Assembly (NCBI GenBank): GCA_900088475.1 | Contig: FLMG01001274.1 | Coordinates: forward strand, 1 to 64,000 | Source of the DNA: Hyphochytrium catenoides | Lineage: Eukaryota > Protista > Hyphochytriomycota | Direction of reading: 5' to 3' | Length of the DNA stretch: 64,000 bases | Shown here: piece by piece, positions 25,501 through 38,176 of the stretch | Numbering within the stretch: position 1 is the first letter of the stretch | Layout of the letters: each line of letters opens with the position of its first letter | Position numbers and translations under genes: made by a program | The notes under the pieces: generated by a model | Told to the model about the DNA's origin: nothing | Seen by the model: only the letters and a program-made list of their open reading frames with translations | Database searches by the model: none

Positions 25501-28431
25501 TCTCATACTTGAAGGAGAAGCAGTGTGGATAGTGCTCAAGGACCTTCTCATAGTCAGAAAGCGAGGAGGAGAGTGATGACTCATTCCGGCCAAGGTGCGC
25601 CTGTAGCCTGGCTCGGTAAATATAAGCATCAATAGCGGACCAGCGTTCAGCAGAAAGCTGGCTCTTCTCAATACGAAGAGTGGCGAGCCGCTTCGATACC
25701 GACGCAGAGCTGCTTCCAGCTCCACCCTCTGCCACTGCGGTCGGGGTAGAGGCGGACGCAACCAGAGATGCCTTTCCTCTCTTCTGCGAACTGCTCACAC
25801 TGGCTGAGTCAGTTAAGAGAGGGTGCAGTGCGTCATCTTCTCCGGGAATCATCGGTTGATCGCTAGCTGAAGCAAGGAACTTTGTGAGGTTCTCTATGGC
25901 TTCAGAGATATCCCCTAGCTGAACCAGGGCGATAGCCTTGCAAAAAAGAAACTGCGGAAGCGAATCCTTCTTCCCGGCCATCGTCATTCCTCTATCCAAT
26001 ACGCGCACTGCCTCGTCTGCCTCTCCCTTCAACAGCAAGAGTCGCGCCTTCTCAAAGAGGAAAGAAGTCTTGGAATAGGTTAACAAAAGTTTCTCTACAT
26101 CAGCAAGTGCAGCTTCATACTCTCCAATTGACGCATGCGCTAGAGCCCTTCTGGTCAACGCCTCCTTGGCAAGCTCTGAGTTCTGCACCGCCTCATTATA
26201 GTCCGAGATGGCTGACCGGATGTAACCCATCGCATCAGGAGAGGTGAAGACCGAGCCCTTAACAAGAGGCAGAGGGATCTCTTTTAATTGCTGAGGGATC
26301 CCAACATCATCTTCCTCTCCTCCATCTATATTTGCAGAGCTTCGAGAAGAAGTGGGTGAGGATCCAGCAGCTGACGAGGACTGCCCTTCCTCGAGTGCAT
26401 TGTTCGCGTCCACCATCGCTAAAGACAGCCATCGCGAACCGGTTACTGCCAAGACGACGTCTGGCTCTACCTGGGCCGCTAGCTGCATTTTGGTGGCTGC
26501 TCTATCAATGCGGCCCTGAACTACCATCTCTGGTAGAACTTCTAGCCGCACTATGAGGTCTTGATCAGCTAACGCGGCATGCAGCTGCTTGGTCTGCAAA
26601 TACTCTGCTGATCGGTAGCGGTAAGCGTCGATGAGACTGCTATTCTGGCCAATGGCTCGCGTGAAGTCAACAATAGCCTTGGAATGGTCGGATATGGCAC
26701 TATACAGCTGTCCTCTCTTACAAAGAACGTTCGCGTTGTCCCCTTCGTATCGCAGAACTGCTGAATAGTCCTCAATTGCGGCGGGTATGTTTCCCAGCTT
26801 TGCATAAGCGTCCGCTCTTTTCAATAAGACATCAGCTGGATAGGGGAGCTTGGCTATGGCGGTTGTATAGTCCTCAATGGCTGGCTCCAACCGGTCTAGC
26901 CCTGTGTAAGCCTTTGCTCGGTTTAAGAAGGAGCTCACGTCATTTGGGTCTATCTTGATAGCCTGTTAAGGGCGTGAGAATGAACTTTAGATCAACACGA
27001 ATCGCAGAGACAAGATCAGACTGTCTTTGTACATCCTATGAAAACACAGACATGCAGGAGCATCCGACCAACGATGACTAGGAGCCAAGCAGCTTCAAAC
27101 GAGCAGATGGTATATGACCAGATCGTCGTCAGGGGGGGGTGAAGAGATGAAGATCACCATGATAACGATGACTGCCAACAAATGTTCAATACATAGTTTT
27201 CAATAGTGCTTCCACGGGGCAACGTCTACCTGGGAGAACTCTGAGATTGCCCGAGTATACTCGCCCTTCCCTAAACTCACTGTGCCGCGTGTTAAAGAAG
27301 CACGGGCTGTATAGTGAGAGGTGGAGGTCATGGGTTTCAAGTCGCTCTTTAGAGATTTCCTGCCCTTTCCAGTAAAAGAAGAAAGAGCGCGAGGCGGAGA
27401 GAGAGACAGGCTACTGCCATTTCCTAGGGGAGAAGAGAAGAGAGTGAGGACCCATATAGTGGCAGAAGTATCTATGGGATACCCTACCATTGCGTGGATC
27501 CTCTGGTCTAACATCTAATGCTGGGAGTTGTGTCACCTTTCGTCTATTGCCTGGAAAGGAACAAATAATGAGCCAAATTGGCGTCAGCTCTCAGTCCCGA
27601 TCGTCTATAAGCATCTCTCCGGTTCCCAAAGGTTTCTCTTTCTTTCTTACAGGCTAGCTGCACGTGACCGCCACACCTCACCAGACCGCGCGCATTCCAT
27701 GCGAGTGCAAGGACATAAGATGTACCACATTCCCGGACTTCGTAGGCAATAAGTAATATCAGAGCTGTGGGCCCCAACCTTCAGTCTCTGTGGACGTGTC
27801 CTTATCCCAACTGCCCGCCATCTATCGCTTCGCTTCACCCTCGCCTACTTAGCTACTTTCTTCTTTACTTCTGTGTGACTCTCTCTCTAGCTACGTCTAT
27901 CTCCGAGCCCGCCTTTCTCGTCCTCTAACCCCCACTGTCTACCTGGTTACTGGTTATCCAACTTACCATAATCGAGGGATATAGGGACGGGTCTAAACTC
28001 GCCCTCTGAGGAAGGTTTAAGTTCCTCTTTTTCTGTTTCTAACCGAGGCAAAAGTCTCACTGCTGGTCCGGAAACGACATCCTCCTCGGTATCACTGTTC
28101 GCGTTCCCAGAGCTCTGCTCTCCGTCACTTTGCAGTCTTTCATAAGGAAAGTTCTCATACTCTGGATCTCGGGCCACTCGGAACTCAGGGTCCACCTGGA
28201 CGGGCACATCAGTCACAGACCTCCGGAACAATGGATAGAGAAGAGCGCAGGCGTGGCGTACAGAGAAATAGAGGCAGACTTGTTCTCAAATATGACGGAC
28301 ACAGGTCTCAAGTATGATGCAGAGCCTCTGGGGTCACAGTCAGAGCGAGGCTATTATCAGAGTATTCTCACCAAGCTAATCCTGCTGGAATCTGTCTCGT
28401 CCGCGTCGTCTATGGAGATAATGTAGTCCAT
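22574..28431 (-). CDS. TPR-repeat protein fused to a non-canonical poly(A) polymerase/TENT-like nucleotidyltransferase (PAP/OAS1 substrate-binding type)
   Basis: The 1454-aa terminal exon ORF has TPR helices (FLNRAKAY, LLKRADAYAKLGNIPAAIEDY, LCKRGQLY), a coiled coil, then GSYPLRTYLPDGDIDL, NAEVKLVQC..NISVDI, LLKRSLLLIKGWC, GLSTYAL and NVVDPINPLNN. Small upstream exons run to a probable ATG at 28431; the 5' end is less certain. Confidence 0.85.
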
Positions 28432-29821
28432 GGCAGCTGCGACCTGCCCGCCCGCAGCATCCGCTACTCTCAGACGCTCTGTGCTCTGTTTGTGCCACTC
28501 AGCGGAACGATAGCCATCAGCTTCCTGTGATGGCAGAAGCGAATGGTAAACGGTTAAAGACTAACGCGCCCAAAGGAAAATTGTCATAAGACGCCGTGAA
28601 GAGCTGGAGAAGATAAGATGAACGGGCCTGAAAGATTAGCTGAGAGGCAAGGTAGCGAGAGTCATAGCATACCCTCTTGTAGCTGTCTTCTGCCTCAGGA
28701 CAAGATCTGCAACTTACTAGCTCCCGATGTGTACAGCCGCCGGTCATATCCGTCTCAGCACTCCGCCAGCAATTGAGGCTTGCACAGGCTCGTCCCTTGC
28801 CGTCAAGAACGGCTGAGGCAGGGCAGGAGCTGTTGCCTAGCTATGAGTCTGATGTCACACGCGCATCTTCCTTGCTCTACCGACTCCTGCCGTTCCACAG
28901 CCTTCAAGTGCCAATGCAGTAACACGACTATTTCCACGCAATTGCGCGGGTGCCCTTCAATAAAGATGCTTAAGCGTTGAAGCTTCGCTCACCGTCGATA
29001 GCTACGTTGCCCTGTCCGTCTTGGATAAGGTCTGAGCCTCGTAAGGAATTGGTTGGCCTCCTTCCCAAAATAACTAACGGACGGGTGCTACTTTATGATC
29101 ACGATGTTACAAGGGAGCACTACTTTGACCGCTCAATGGCGCACTGCTATTTGTTATTAAGCAATGCAAGCAAGCTAAGCTGGAGCTTGTACAGCTGGTC
29201 GTCAGCAGGTCCACGTCGGCCTCAGTCCTGGACAGCGGCTTTAGCCGGCAGACGAGCGAGGTTCTAGGGGCCCTTCTAAAGCTTCATCGGAGCTCCAAAA
29301 TGAGGTGCAGACGGTCTCTAAATGACAGTCTCCAAAAAAAAATGGTTTTCGCCGTCATTTACCTTCGAACCATCAGCACTTGTGAGTGACCCCACCCCCA
29401 ACGTAAGTGACTCCTAACAAGCGAGCGTATTGCCCGCATTGCACAGGGGGTGTCCCCTGCTACATAAGTCTGGCAACGAGACGGTGCTCACCGCGGCTCT
29501 TCCTTTATTGCGGTTACCACGATTTGATAACTGATTATGTACGGATCTCAATAAAGCTTCACAGCTTCACAGTCTCTCAATGAAGGAAGAGATCATCGCG
29601 TTTCTCACTTCCCAAAGCAAGAAGAGGCCGTTATGCCGCTATGTCTCTTGATGCGATCACACTGTTGCCCCTTATAAACCCTTTGTCTAGCAAGGCTGCC
29701 TCTACTTTCTATTAAAGCCCGTTGTCTATCACATTGTGAGCGGTAGATAGATGCCCAGGAGGCAGGAAGGAGTCCAGAGGAGAGAGGAGCATCAGCTGGG
29801 GGCCCTTAAGCCAATTGTCAG

Positions 29822-32800
29822 TCAACCCTTGGCGCTAGAAGAAGTCAAGGCCGCAATAAACGGCGTGGTAGCCAGCTCAATTCCTCGCTGCTCAAACTGA
29901 AGTAATATTTCTGTAGGGCAGAGACAAGGCTAGAGTCACTGAAGAGTGCCGCAAGAGAGGCCCAGAAAGCACGATAAGGAGCGATGGCACTAGATAGCTA
30001 GTCTTCAAAGAGATAGGAAACGGGTTCACGAGAGGACCGGTACCCTTACCCATAAGGACTCTATGTCTCGCATACTTCGCTACTTTCCCCTCTGGGGACA
30101 AGACAAAGAACACAGCTTGGAACCTCAGTCCTTCCTTCTCAATCTCAGTTAGGGCACAGCTATCAAACTCCAGCAGTTCTTTCTCTCGACGACAGGCTGC
30201 GGCCACCACCTCCTCCACCTGTTGGAGCTTTGACACCGGGGTACTCTGCCTTATCAATAACTCCACCGTTTGCCGCCTTGACTGTAGGAAGGGAAAGACA
30301 GAAGGCTATAAGTGAGCGGAGAGCACAGCATGAAAACGAGGAACAGTCTACAGGACATGTGCTGGCAAGAGTTACCAAGCTGAGCATAGGTAGTGCAGAT
30401 AAAGGATCTATTCTGGGCCGCGCTGTCTAACGTTGGAACAGGAGTCGGCATGAGAAAGACTGACCTTCACTAGGGAATAGTTCTCAATCCGAGACGATGT
30501 TAGTTCCTTGTTAGGAATGGTCACAACTTGTCCACTTGAAAGAGGACATGTTAAAAGACCATTAGGAAGTGGGATAGAGCAGGTGCGGATGGGGGAAACA
30601 AAGTCTTTAAGCCATCTCAATGGAGAATGGATCCCAAACAAAGCTGACACTGAGCTCTTACAAGTTCGCCAGTCGGATGCGAGTGCTCTTGAAGTAGATG
30701 GCTTCCACGGTCCCAACCTGGCCCCTACGAATAGTAATCCATCAGTATTTAACCCGTTGACCTCCAACGAAAGGGAACAGTCCTTTCTATGAAGCATAAA
30801 GCAATATCCTGTGAAGGAGACTAAGACACAAGGGCTTACCTGCCAGCGTCAATGACATGCCCGACTTCATAAGGACGACTGAGAAGCAAATCAAAGGCCG
30901 CAAAGCTGTCTCTAAGTAGCTCTTGCGCGCTGAAAGCTAAGAATAAACCTCCAAAGCCAAACCCTGTCCACACAGCCGTGACGTTAACGCCGAATCGCCA
31001 TGCGAGCGTGGTAAGGCCCAGAGTCCAGCACAGAAGCTTCAATAAGGCGTTAAGCCATCGGAAGCCAGTGGTAGTAGAGTCCTTAATTCCCATGATGTGG
31101 ATAATGTCTGAAACGACAGAAGTTAGGTGGCAGGTTGGAGTATGCCGAAGGATTGACAAGCTGTCAGGTAGAAAACCGAGACGATGCAGCGGAAAGAGTT
31201 GCCGAATCGCCATTCTAAGAAGATAGGAATAGGAGAAGAAGTCAGAAGAGGAGGGATAGACACCGAACTGATACAGGGGAGCGGAAGGAAGTGAGAGAGG
31301 ACCAAATGCTTGAGTTTGAGGGTAAGGAACAAAACTTGAAAGCACCTTGAATGATGTTCTCCAGCGAAAGAGTCAAAGGAAGAAGCAGTCTCACGATGAG
31401 GCACACCCAGAAAGCCCTTCGCAAAATTTCCTGCACAACCCATCGATCGTCAGTCTCTTGCTCCCTCAAAGTTCTCATAACAATGCACCACTTTAAGTCT
31501 CGAGCTACTGTCGTTGTCCGAAGGCAATGCCTGTACCTGCTCCCATCCTCGTCCTCGGCTCTCCTCTAGGTCCTTCTTTCTATGTCCCACACTCCATGCC
31601 AACACTCACAGCCACAGACTGGCGTCCTCTCCATCCGCTTCGATCATTCTCGTTGCCTCTATTAACTAATCTGGGACACATAGTTCTATACCTCTGATGT
31701 CCTCTCTAGTTTTCCTCCACCTCCCAAATGCCAGAGTATACTTTGCACCAAAGCCAGGGCAACAGTACAGCTGTGAATGAAGAAGGAAGATAAAGGATCG
31801 GGAGCCATGCCTTCCAGCTTTGTCCACTGAGCAAAAAAGACGGATTGAGATGACTGACTGCAAACAAAAATTGAGCTTAGTTTTGCGGGATGGGCGCCTG
31901 TGAAAGAAGCAACTTTCCGACGCAGCTAGCAGGACAGAAATGCGGGAGATGCTGTGGATGATAGAGCGAGCAAGGCGCACGCACGTACAGAGAGCAAGAA
32001 ACGAGAGCACTTACGATAGAGAACAGAATAATATGCAACTGCCAAGATCACGAGACAACGCGTATGAGCCCTCCCCAGTACGACAAAGTTTTACCTGCGT
32101 TTGAGCTCCAAGCGTGCCTTGTGAGAAGGGAAGAAGACGAGGAGAAACCGCAGCACAGCGTCATCTACCTCCGTGTCTGTCGTCTCACTCAGCCGAATGA
32201 GCCAAAGTAGCAGGTCCCTATCACGTTGCGACAAATTAAGAGGGAGAAAGGAGAGAAAAAGGGAAAAGGGAACAGTAGAAAGAGGGGAAATCCAGGGGAA
32301 TACACGGTATACATGGTATGGAAAGCCTCTGCGTGAGAGCGAGAGAAAGCCACAGAGAGAGCCAGAAAACAGAAAAAGAGAGATAAGAAGCAAGGTGCTC
32401 AGAGGGCCCGCAAAGAGAAAGCTTTCTAAATAGATGAGACTGCCAAGGCATCACGAGCAATCGATGCCTCGAGGGAGATGCAAGAGCAAAAGATAACCTA
32501 GGGAAGCAAATTAATGCTAAAAGACAAACATAAGTGGAGCAGAGGATGGATCACAGCGCTTACCGGGTGCTCTTCACTAGGAAGACAAGAGTGAGGAAGG
32601 TCAAAAGGACCATGAAGCGGGTGCCAACATCAGGCCGCTTATCGGTACATAGAAGAGGAGAGAGGACATCAAGCCCCAAAGGTGCCACCACCCAATAGAG
32701 AAGCAGGAAGGAGAAGTAAGCAGCCAAGCTGGAGAAGGAGCTGCTGAGTATACTGGCTAACAGCGAAGAAGGACGACTTCCAGAGCAGCTTGCACCCGCT

Positions 32801-32992
32801 TTCCCCTCCTGCAAGAAGGATAGGTCACTTAGTAACAACGGGGGACAATGGACAACGGTATAGTCAAGAAGACATCTCCTGACAGAGGCAGAAGAAGAAA
32901 GAACATACCTGTCTGGCCTCGGATGCTGGGTGACCATCCTCAGGGCCCTCTGACACGTTCTTAGCAGCAGATCTCCGAGCCTTGGAAGCCAT
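29822..32992 (-). CDS. MscS-family mechanosensitive channel (multi-exon)
   Basis: A TM3-like segment GVNVTAVWTGFGFGGLFLAFSAQELLRDSFAAFDLLLSRPYEVGHVI is followed by GQVGTVEAIYFKSTRIR, GQVVTIPNKELTSSRIENYS and C-terminal FEQRGIEL. Extra N-terminal hydrophobic exons are present. Confidence 0.8.
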
Positions 32993-33629
32993 ATTTGTAG
33001 GCACGCGTTCCAGCCTCGTTAGGCTTGCTTATGACTAGCACCTATTGCGTGCCAACTGCTGCAATATTCCTATTGAGAGGTCGTCATAGAGAGCGAATAC
33101 CTCAGGCCAATGCACGGGGACTATGGACAAGAAAGAACAAGCCTATTTACAAAGAATGAAACGACATGAGAGATAGAACAAAGAAGGCGCCATCAATGTC
33201 GGAGTGTAGGATGAAGGAGAGAGAGAGACAGAGACAGAGAGAGAGAGAGACAGAGACACCGCGAGGGCCCTGGAGTGAGGCAGAGATTGAAAGCTGCTTC
33301 AACACTCAGAAGAGCGCAGATTGAAGATTCGCATCATCTGTGGAGTTGCTAATTTTATAACACTCAGGCTTATCCTGGAGGTGCTCTGAAAATAGCATGA
33401 ATCTACAGAAGTCTCTTGCTTGAGATCTGAAGATTTGGAGACATCGCGTTAGTCCCAGTATGGCGAAGAAAGAGACAAGAGTTGGGGCGCAGTTTGGATT
33501 GCTAGAGGTCGCTGCCATGATGCAGACTGCGACCCGAGATGGCAGTAAAGTCACCGCAGTTCTCTGAGAGTGCCGGCCTTTTCAAAGCTCTCCTATGAAG
33601 CTTAAGACTCAGAGCAAGACGTCGTAGGC

Positions 33630-34709
33630 ATGAAGCTTTCTGACGGCTTCCAAGAACTTCTTCGGAGAGTTGCGCTCTGCCGAACAAAGTGGACCAAGCT
33701 TAGGAACGAAGGGCATGTCTACCTCTCAGACGTCATCAACCAGGTCTCAAAGACCAGGTAATGAGCTTACTTGCGGCCGGATTTGATGGGTACTTTTTAA
33801 TCCGTTCCCCTGTTCTGTAGCTATCTAAGGGCAAGGGACCCCCAAGGACCTATTGAACCAGCAGGAATCAAAGCCTTGCTGATGAGTGAGAGTTATAAGG
33901 CTCTTGCCCGACAGAAGGTGAGAATGTCGGAAAAGTGAGCCCATCTTGTGGCTGCCAGGAAGCTGAGTAGTTCCACCTTGTCAATACAGCTAATGTCCCG
34001 CGCAAGAAGCAGTCGACAGAAACTGGATGCCGTCATGCTCGGCTTGGTAAGTCCTTCAGTCCCGCGTGGCATTGCTTCCACTTCTAGTGAAGGTATTTTT
34101 CCGGTCTCAGCATTCCCCTGTCCTCCTGCCAGAAGCAACATTGTCTCTCTTACATGTCCTTTCCTAAAACCAACTGATATCCTTTCCGTTAGTCAGAGAT
34201 CGTTGCAGAGATAATGCGCCTGAGCAATGAGCTTGAGAAGTGGCAGATGGAGAATAGAGAGGCCATTGACGCTGGAGGGCTACATCAGACAATACTTCCT
34301 GACGTTACACTCTATGAATTCTGTACGATTAACCAGCCGTCAAGCTGCAGCCTCTTCTAACCAGCGTCAAGCTGCAGGTTCTTCTAATTCTTACATCCTG
34401 CGGAATGGGCTAAGGAGCGGCAGGCCCTTCCATTTCTTCCTTGGCTTGGTGTCGTCATTTAGTTTTTATACCTTTCCCCGTCTCCCATTTCTCTTCGACC
34501 ATTCTAAATGTTCTCTTTCTCTTGTAGTGTCTATCATGAGAACCCTAGCTCGGTGCTTCTCACAGGAGCTGGTGGCCAAGCAGCTGATAGTCCGGGAACT
34601 TCAGACAGACAAAGAGTCAGATGCTTTGACCTTCTTCGCCTCCTCGTGGCTAATGGAGCCCTACATAGAAGAATCCGAGAGGCTAGACAAGCTGCTCAAG
34701 AGGTTATGA
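33630..34709 (+). CDS. Small helical protein, C1orf109/AIRIM-like (AFG2 adaptor, CK2-substrate family)
   Basis: The spliced product begins MKLSDGFQELLRRVALCRTKWTKLRNEGHVYLSDVINQ and ends ELVAKQLIVRELQ...FFASSWLMEPYIEE. The W...G...N and SWL.EPYI pattern recalls C1orf109 from memory only. Confidence 0.5.
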
Positions 34710-35058
34710 TCTCATAACAGTGAAAAGTGATCGCTCCACGAGCACTCCGTCGGGATGGTGTCGATGGCAGATGAGACATAGTTCAATCTGCTGCTGACGT
34801 CACAGAGCGAGAGAGGGCAAACAACTGCCAATAAGAGAGCATGCCACCTATCTGGGCGTAGGTATTGTGACAGTGGGGAGTGCTAAATATGGGTTGAGAA
34901 GCTTCCCGGCAGATGGAGCTGCTCTCTTCTCATAGGTCCAAACGGGAGCCTCTCGATACTGAACCTCTTAACTTATCCGTGCGCAAATGCGGAGGTCAAC
35001 AGACAGGAAGAGCAAACGTCTTGACCCACCACGATGCGACATGGAACCATTAACTTAT

Positions 35059-37450
35059 CTATAAATCACGCGTATCACCCTCAAACCTTGCAACTCCGCT
35101 GGAGAACATAGGGTCTGCCCTTACGATGTGCGCCCCTTTGTCCACGGGCTTCGTAATAAAAACGCTACCTCTCAGCCCCTGTTCCAGCGCCACTGCCTTC
35201 AGCGCTTCTGCCACATTCTTCTCTGTCCTTTCCGATCCCCTTTGCGTGAAAATATCACCTGCGCGTCCACTATGGGGCAGGCGAAGAGTGAGGTACGCAG
35301 CACTGAAAATTAATAGACTGTCAAACACAGACGGGGGCCCGTCCCAAATAAGAATAGATCCCTTTATATCAAGCGCAAGGAAGAGAAAGGTTAGAGGGGC
35401 TCAGCATGACAGCCCTATTCTTACCTAGTGATAGCCAGTACTGTGGGGCCAGCTCCGCTGAGGAAGGCACCATGCGCTCCAACTTTGATAGCAGCTTCGA
35501 TCATTGGGAAGAGGTGCTTGAACTGCTCCTTGCCTCTCTGGGGTTGATGCAGCAAATCCTTTGTGGCATGAGCAAGCTCATCCAGATTTCCATTGTTCAG
35601 AGCGTTAACCAGCATCGCTGCCCTCCCAATGTTATACACGGCGTCCTTGCGTGAGATCTATAGCCAGCAAATGAATAGTGGAAGAACTATAAGAGAGAGA
35701 AAGACAAACAACTCTGGTTCTTGTTTCTAATTATTCCTCGGTCTCTCAATTTGTGGGCATGCCGTGGTCGAGTCTCTCTTATGGTGGATCTCCTCCACTC
35801 CGTCTCTCCTTCTCTCACTTTCTCTCTTCCCGGTAAGACCTAGCTTCTTGGGCGCCATGCCCAGTGTCGATCGCTTGGCGGTTCATTCTTTTCGCACTTT
35901 TCTCGCGTGCTCCCGCACTGATTACCTTCTCAGGCAATATAGCCCTTGCCTCCGAAGTCTTGCCCTGTACCTCAGGGATAAAGAGGACGCACTGCAGCCC
36001 AAAGGGAACAGATACACGAGAGGAATACCACCGCTCACGACCATCCCGACAGTTGGCCAGCACACCCTGTGGGCAATAGTTAGCCGAACACTCTACCCGG
36101 AAGCTAGAAGACCTTCAAAAGAGGACCAACGTGGAATCAGGAGGGGGACGGACGAAAGCTCGAGAATGCAAAGAACTAGAGGCTCTTATGTAAAGGTTGC
36201 AGGCATCAGGCCATCATGGCACCGGACTAGAAGAATGGAACCATAAGATACGTAGAATGGTTTGCGAAGAACATAAAAAAAGCGAAAGAGAATGAACCGA
36301 CCAGTTGGCATCCGCCATATATTGCTGGAGCCACATTGTCTGGATGTCCCTCTATTCCAGCAGCCTTGAGGTTGTAGAGTAGACATCCACTGAGATGACA
36401 AGTTATATATTAAGAGGGCCGCGTAGTCTTACCAGCTGCAATAATTCTTCATGGCCCTTCACCGGCAGTTCATGACCAGCCAGGACCAAACCTAAGTGGT
36501 GGGAGAGGAGCAGCACCCTATTAGTAGTGAGACGACGACACCATTGGAAGTGGCGAACGTAGGCACCTGGAGATGAAGGAAAGAATAGAGCTCGACAGCG
36601 GGAGAGCTGATTGTGATTGGAAGGTAGAGACTGCAGGGCAAAGGAAAACTGACCAGCGATAAGCCCCGCGACAATGGCTGCCGAGCTACTTCCCAACCCT
36701 CGAGCAAAGGGAATGCGGTTTATGCAGTGGTACCGAAGTGGTGGAACGGCCTGACCAGCAGCCGCGAAGGCAGCCTTGACCCCGACGCAGACCAAGTTGG
36801 AATCATCTCTAGATGACACCGAGCAGGATGTAAGAAGCCGCAGACGTACAGGACCAGGGTTGACAAAAGGCAAGCAAGACTCAAAAATGATCCGGGAGAG
36901 ACAGAGAAGATGCGTCCAGCAAGCTCCGTACTTTGGGATGTCCTCCGCACCCTCTCCCTCGCACGTCATGGAGAAGGCATCGCTCCGTTCCACCGTGACC
37001 TCACTCCAGATATCTAGCGCCATTCCTGGCAAACAAGAGCAGCAGCATGAGCGTCGCACAACAATTGATACGCTGTCGAAAGGATTATGGCAGCTAAGAC
37101 TTACCGATGCTGTCGAAGCCGGGCCCCATATTTGCTGTTGTGGCCGGCACTTTGACAGTGACGCTCCGCCTGGGTCCAGCCCAAGCTGTGGAAGACCATT
37201 GAGGGACAGGAGAGACAAAGGAGGTTAGAAGTGACCTACGGTAGAGACAACAAAGTGATCGCGTACATGATCCCCCTTCCATAGATGACTTTCGAGCCTT
37301 GGTGACCTCAAGCTCCATTTTCTTTCGTCGTTCCGCTTCTGCAGCATCGAGTGCGCGCCTCCGCACTGCAATAGCGGCGACTGCCGCCCCAGCTAGTGCC
37401 GAAGCAATTAAAGCTAGGCATAAATGAGGTCCTCCACTCTGCCTTTCCAT
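35059..37450 (-). CDS. thrB: Homoserine kinase (GHMP family) with N-terminal hydrophobic extension
   Basis: Motifs are VKVPATTANMGPGFDSIG, IPFARGLGSSSAAIVAG, DLLHQPQR and GAFLSGAGPTVLA. Confidence 0.92.
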
Positions 37451-38176
37451 CGTACAGCTTCGTCTACACCTGTCTTAGAAAGACAGGATTGGCGTCCTGC
37501 AGCGTCAATCCGTATGATATCCACACCAGAGCCCGTCAGCGGTAGCTAGCCACAGAGTCAATGATCTCTTCCCGTTGAGCTTCGGATCTCTTCTTGATCT
37601 TCAATTTATTTGACGAAGCTTTCTCTTTCATCATTGTGTTACCACTATGGGAGCCGCTAACGTCCGTAACCTCAAGAGTCATCAGAAAGAGTGTCTGTCA
37701 TTCTGAAGCTCCGTCCTCCGATGATTGCAAGGTCGAAGACTCATCATCGAGAGATAAAAGCGAGTGGAAGCGCAATGATTCCTTGATCATGGGGCGTGAA
37801 GAGATTCTTATGACCGACCTTTACAAGGTAATGCTCCCCAAGTTGCGCGTGGCAGCTGGTGAGAGCTCTTAGCCTCGACAATAACTCTGCAGAGACCCAC
37901 TACTGCTAGGGCTGTCAATGTGCTCTGTAAACCGTTGTAATGAGCTTGAGATCTGACAGTTGCTCTTGAGCAAGGACACCAGTTAGCAGCATTCCGTTTG
38001 GCACAAAAGCAGCAAGCGATTAGACTCAAGGCGCATGGGATTGCCAAGTGACTCAGTTATGGCCTCAGCAGAAAGTACACAGTGGCTAGAGAGCGTCGGT
38101 CGCATTTAACTTAGGTATAAGGTGTAGCGGTTTTGAAGTGGAGATCAAGCTCTTGACGACTAAGAATCCGGTTCGT

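Noticed and set aside
37678-37750. Minus-strand ATGATGA...CTGA pair resembling a box C/D snoRNA
   Set aside because: There is no terminal stem and I could not match a guide to rRNA. Such short motifs occur by chance.
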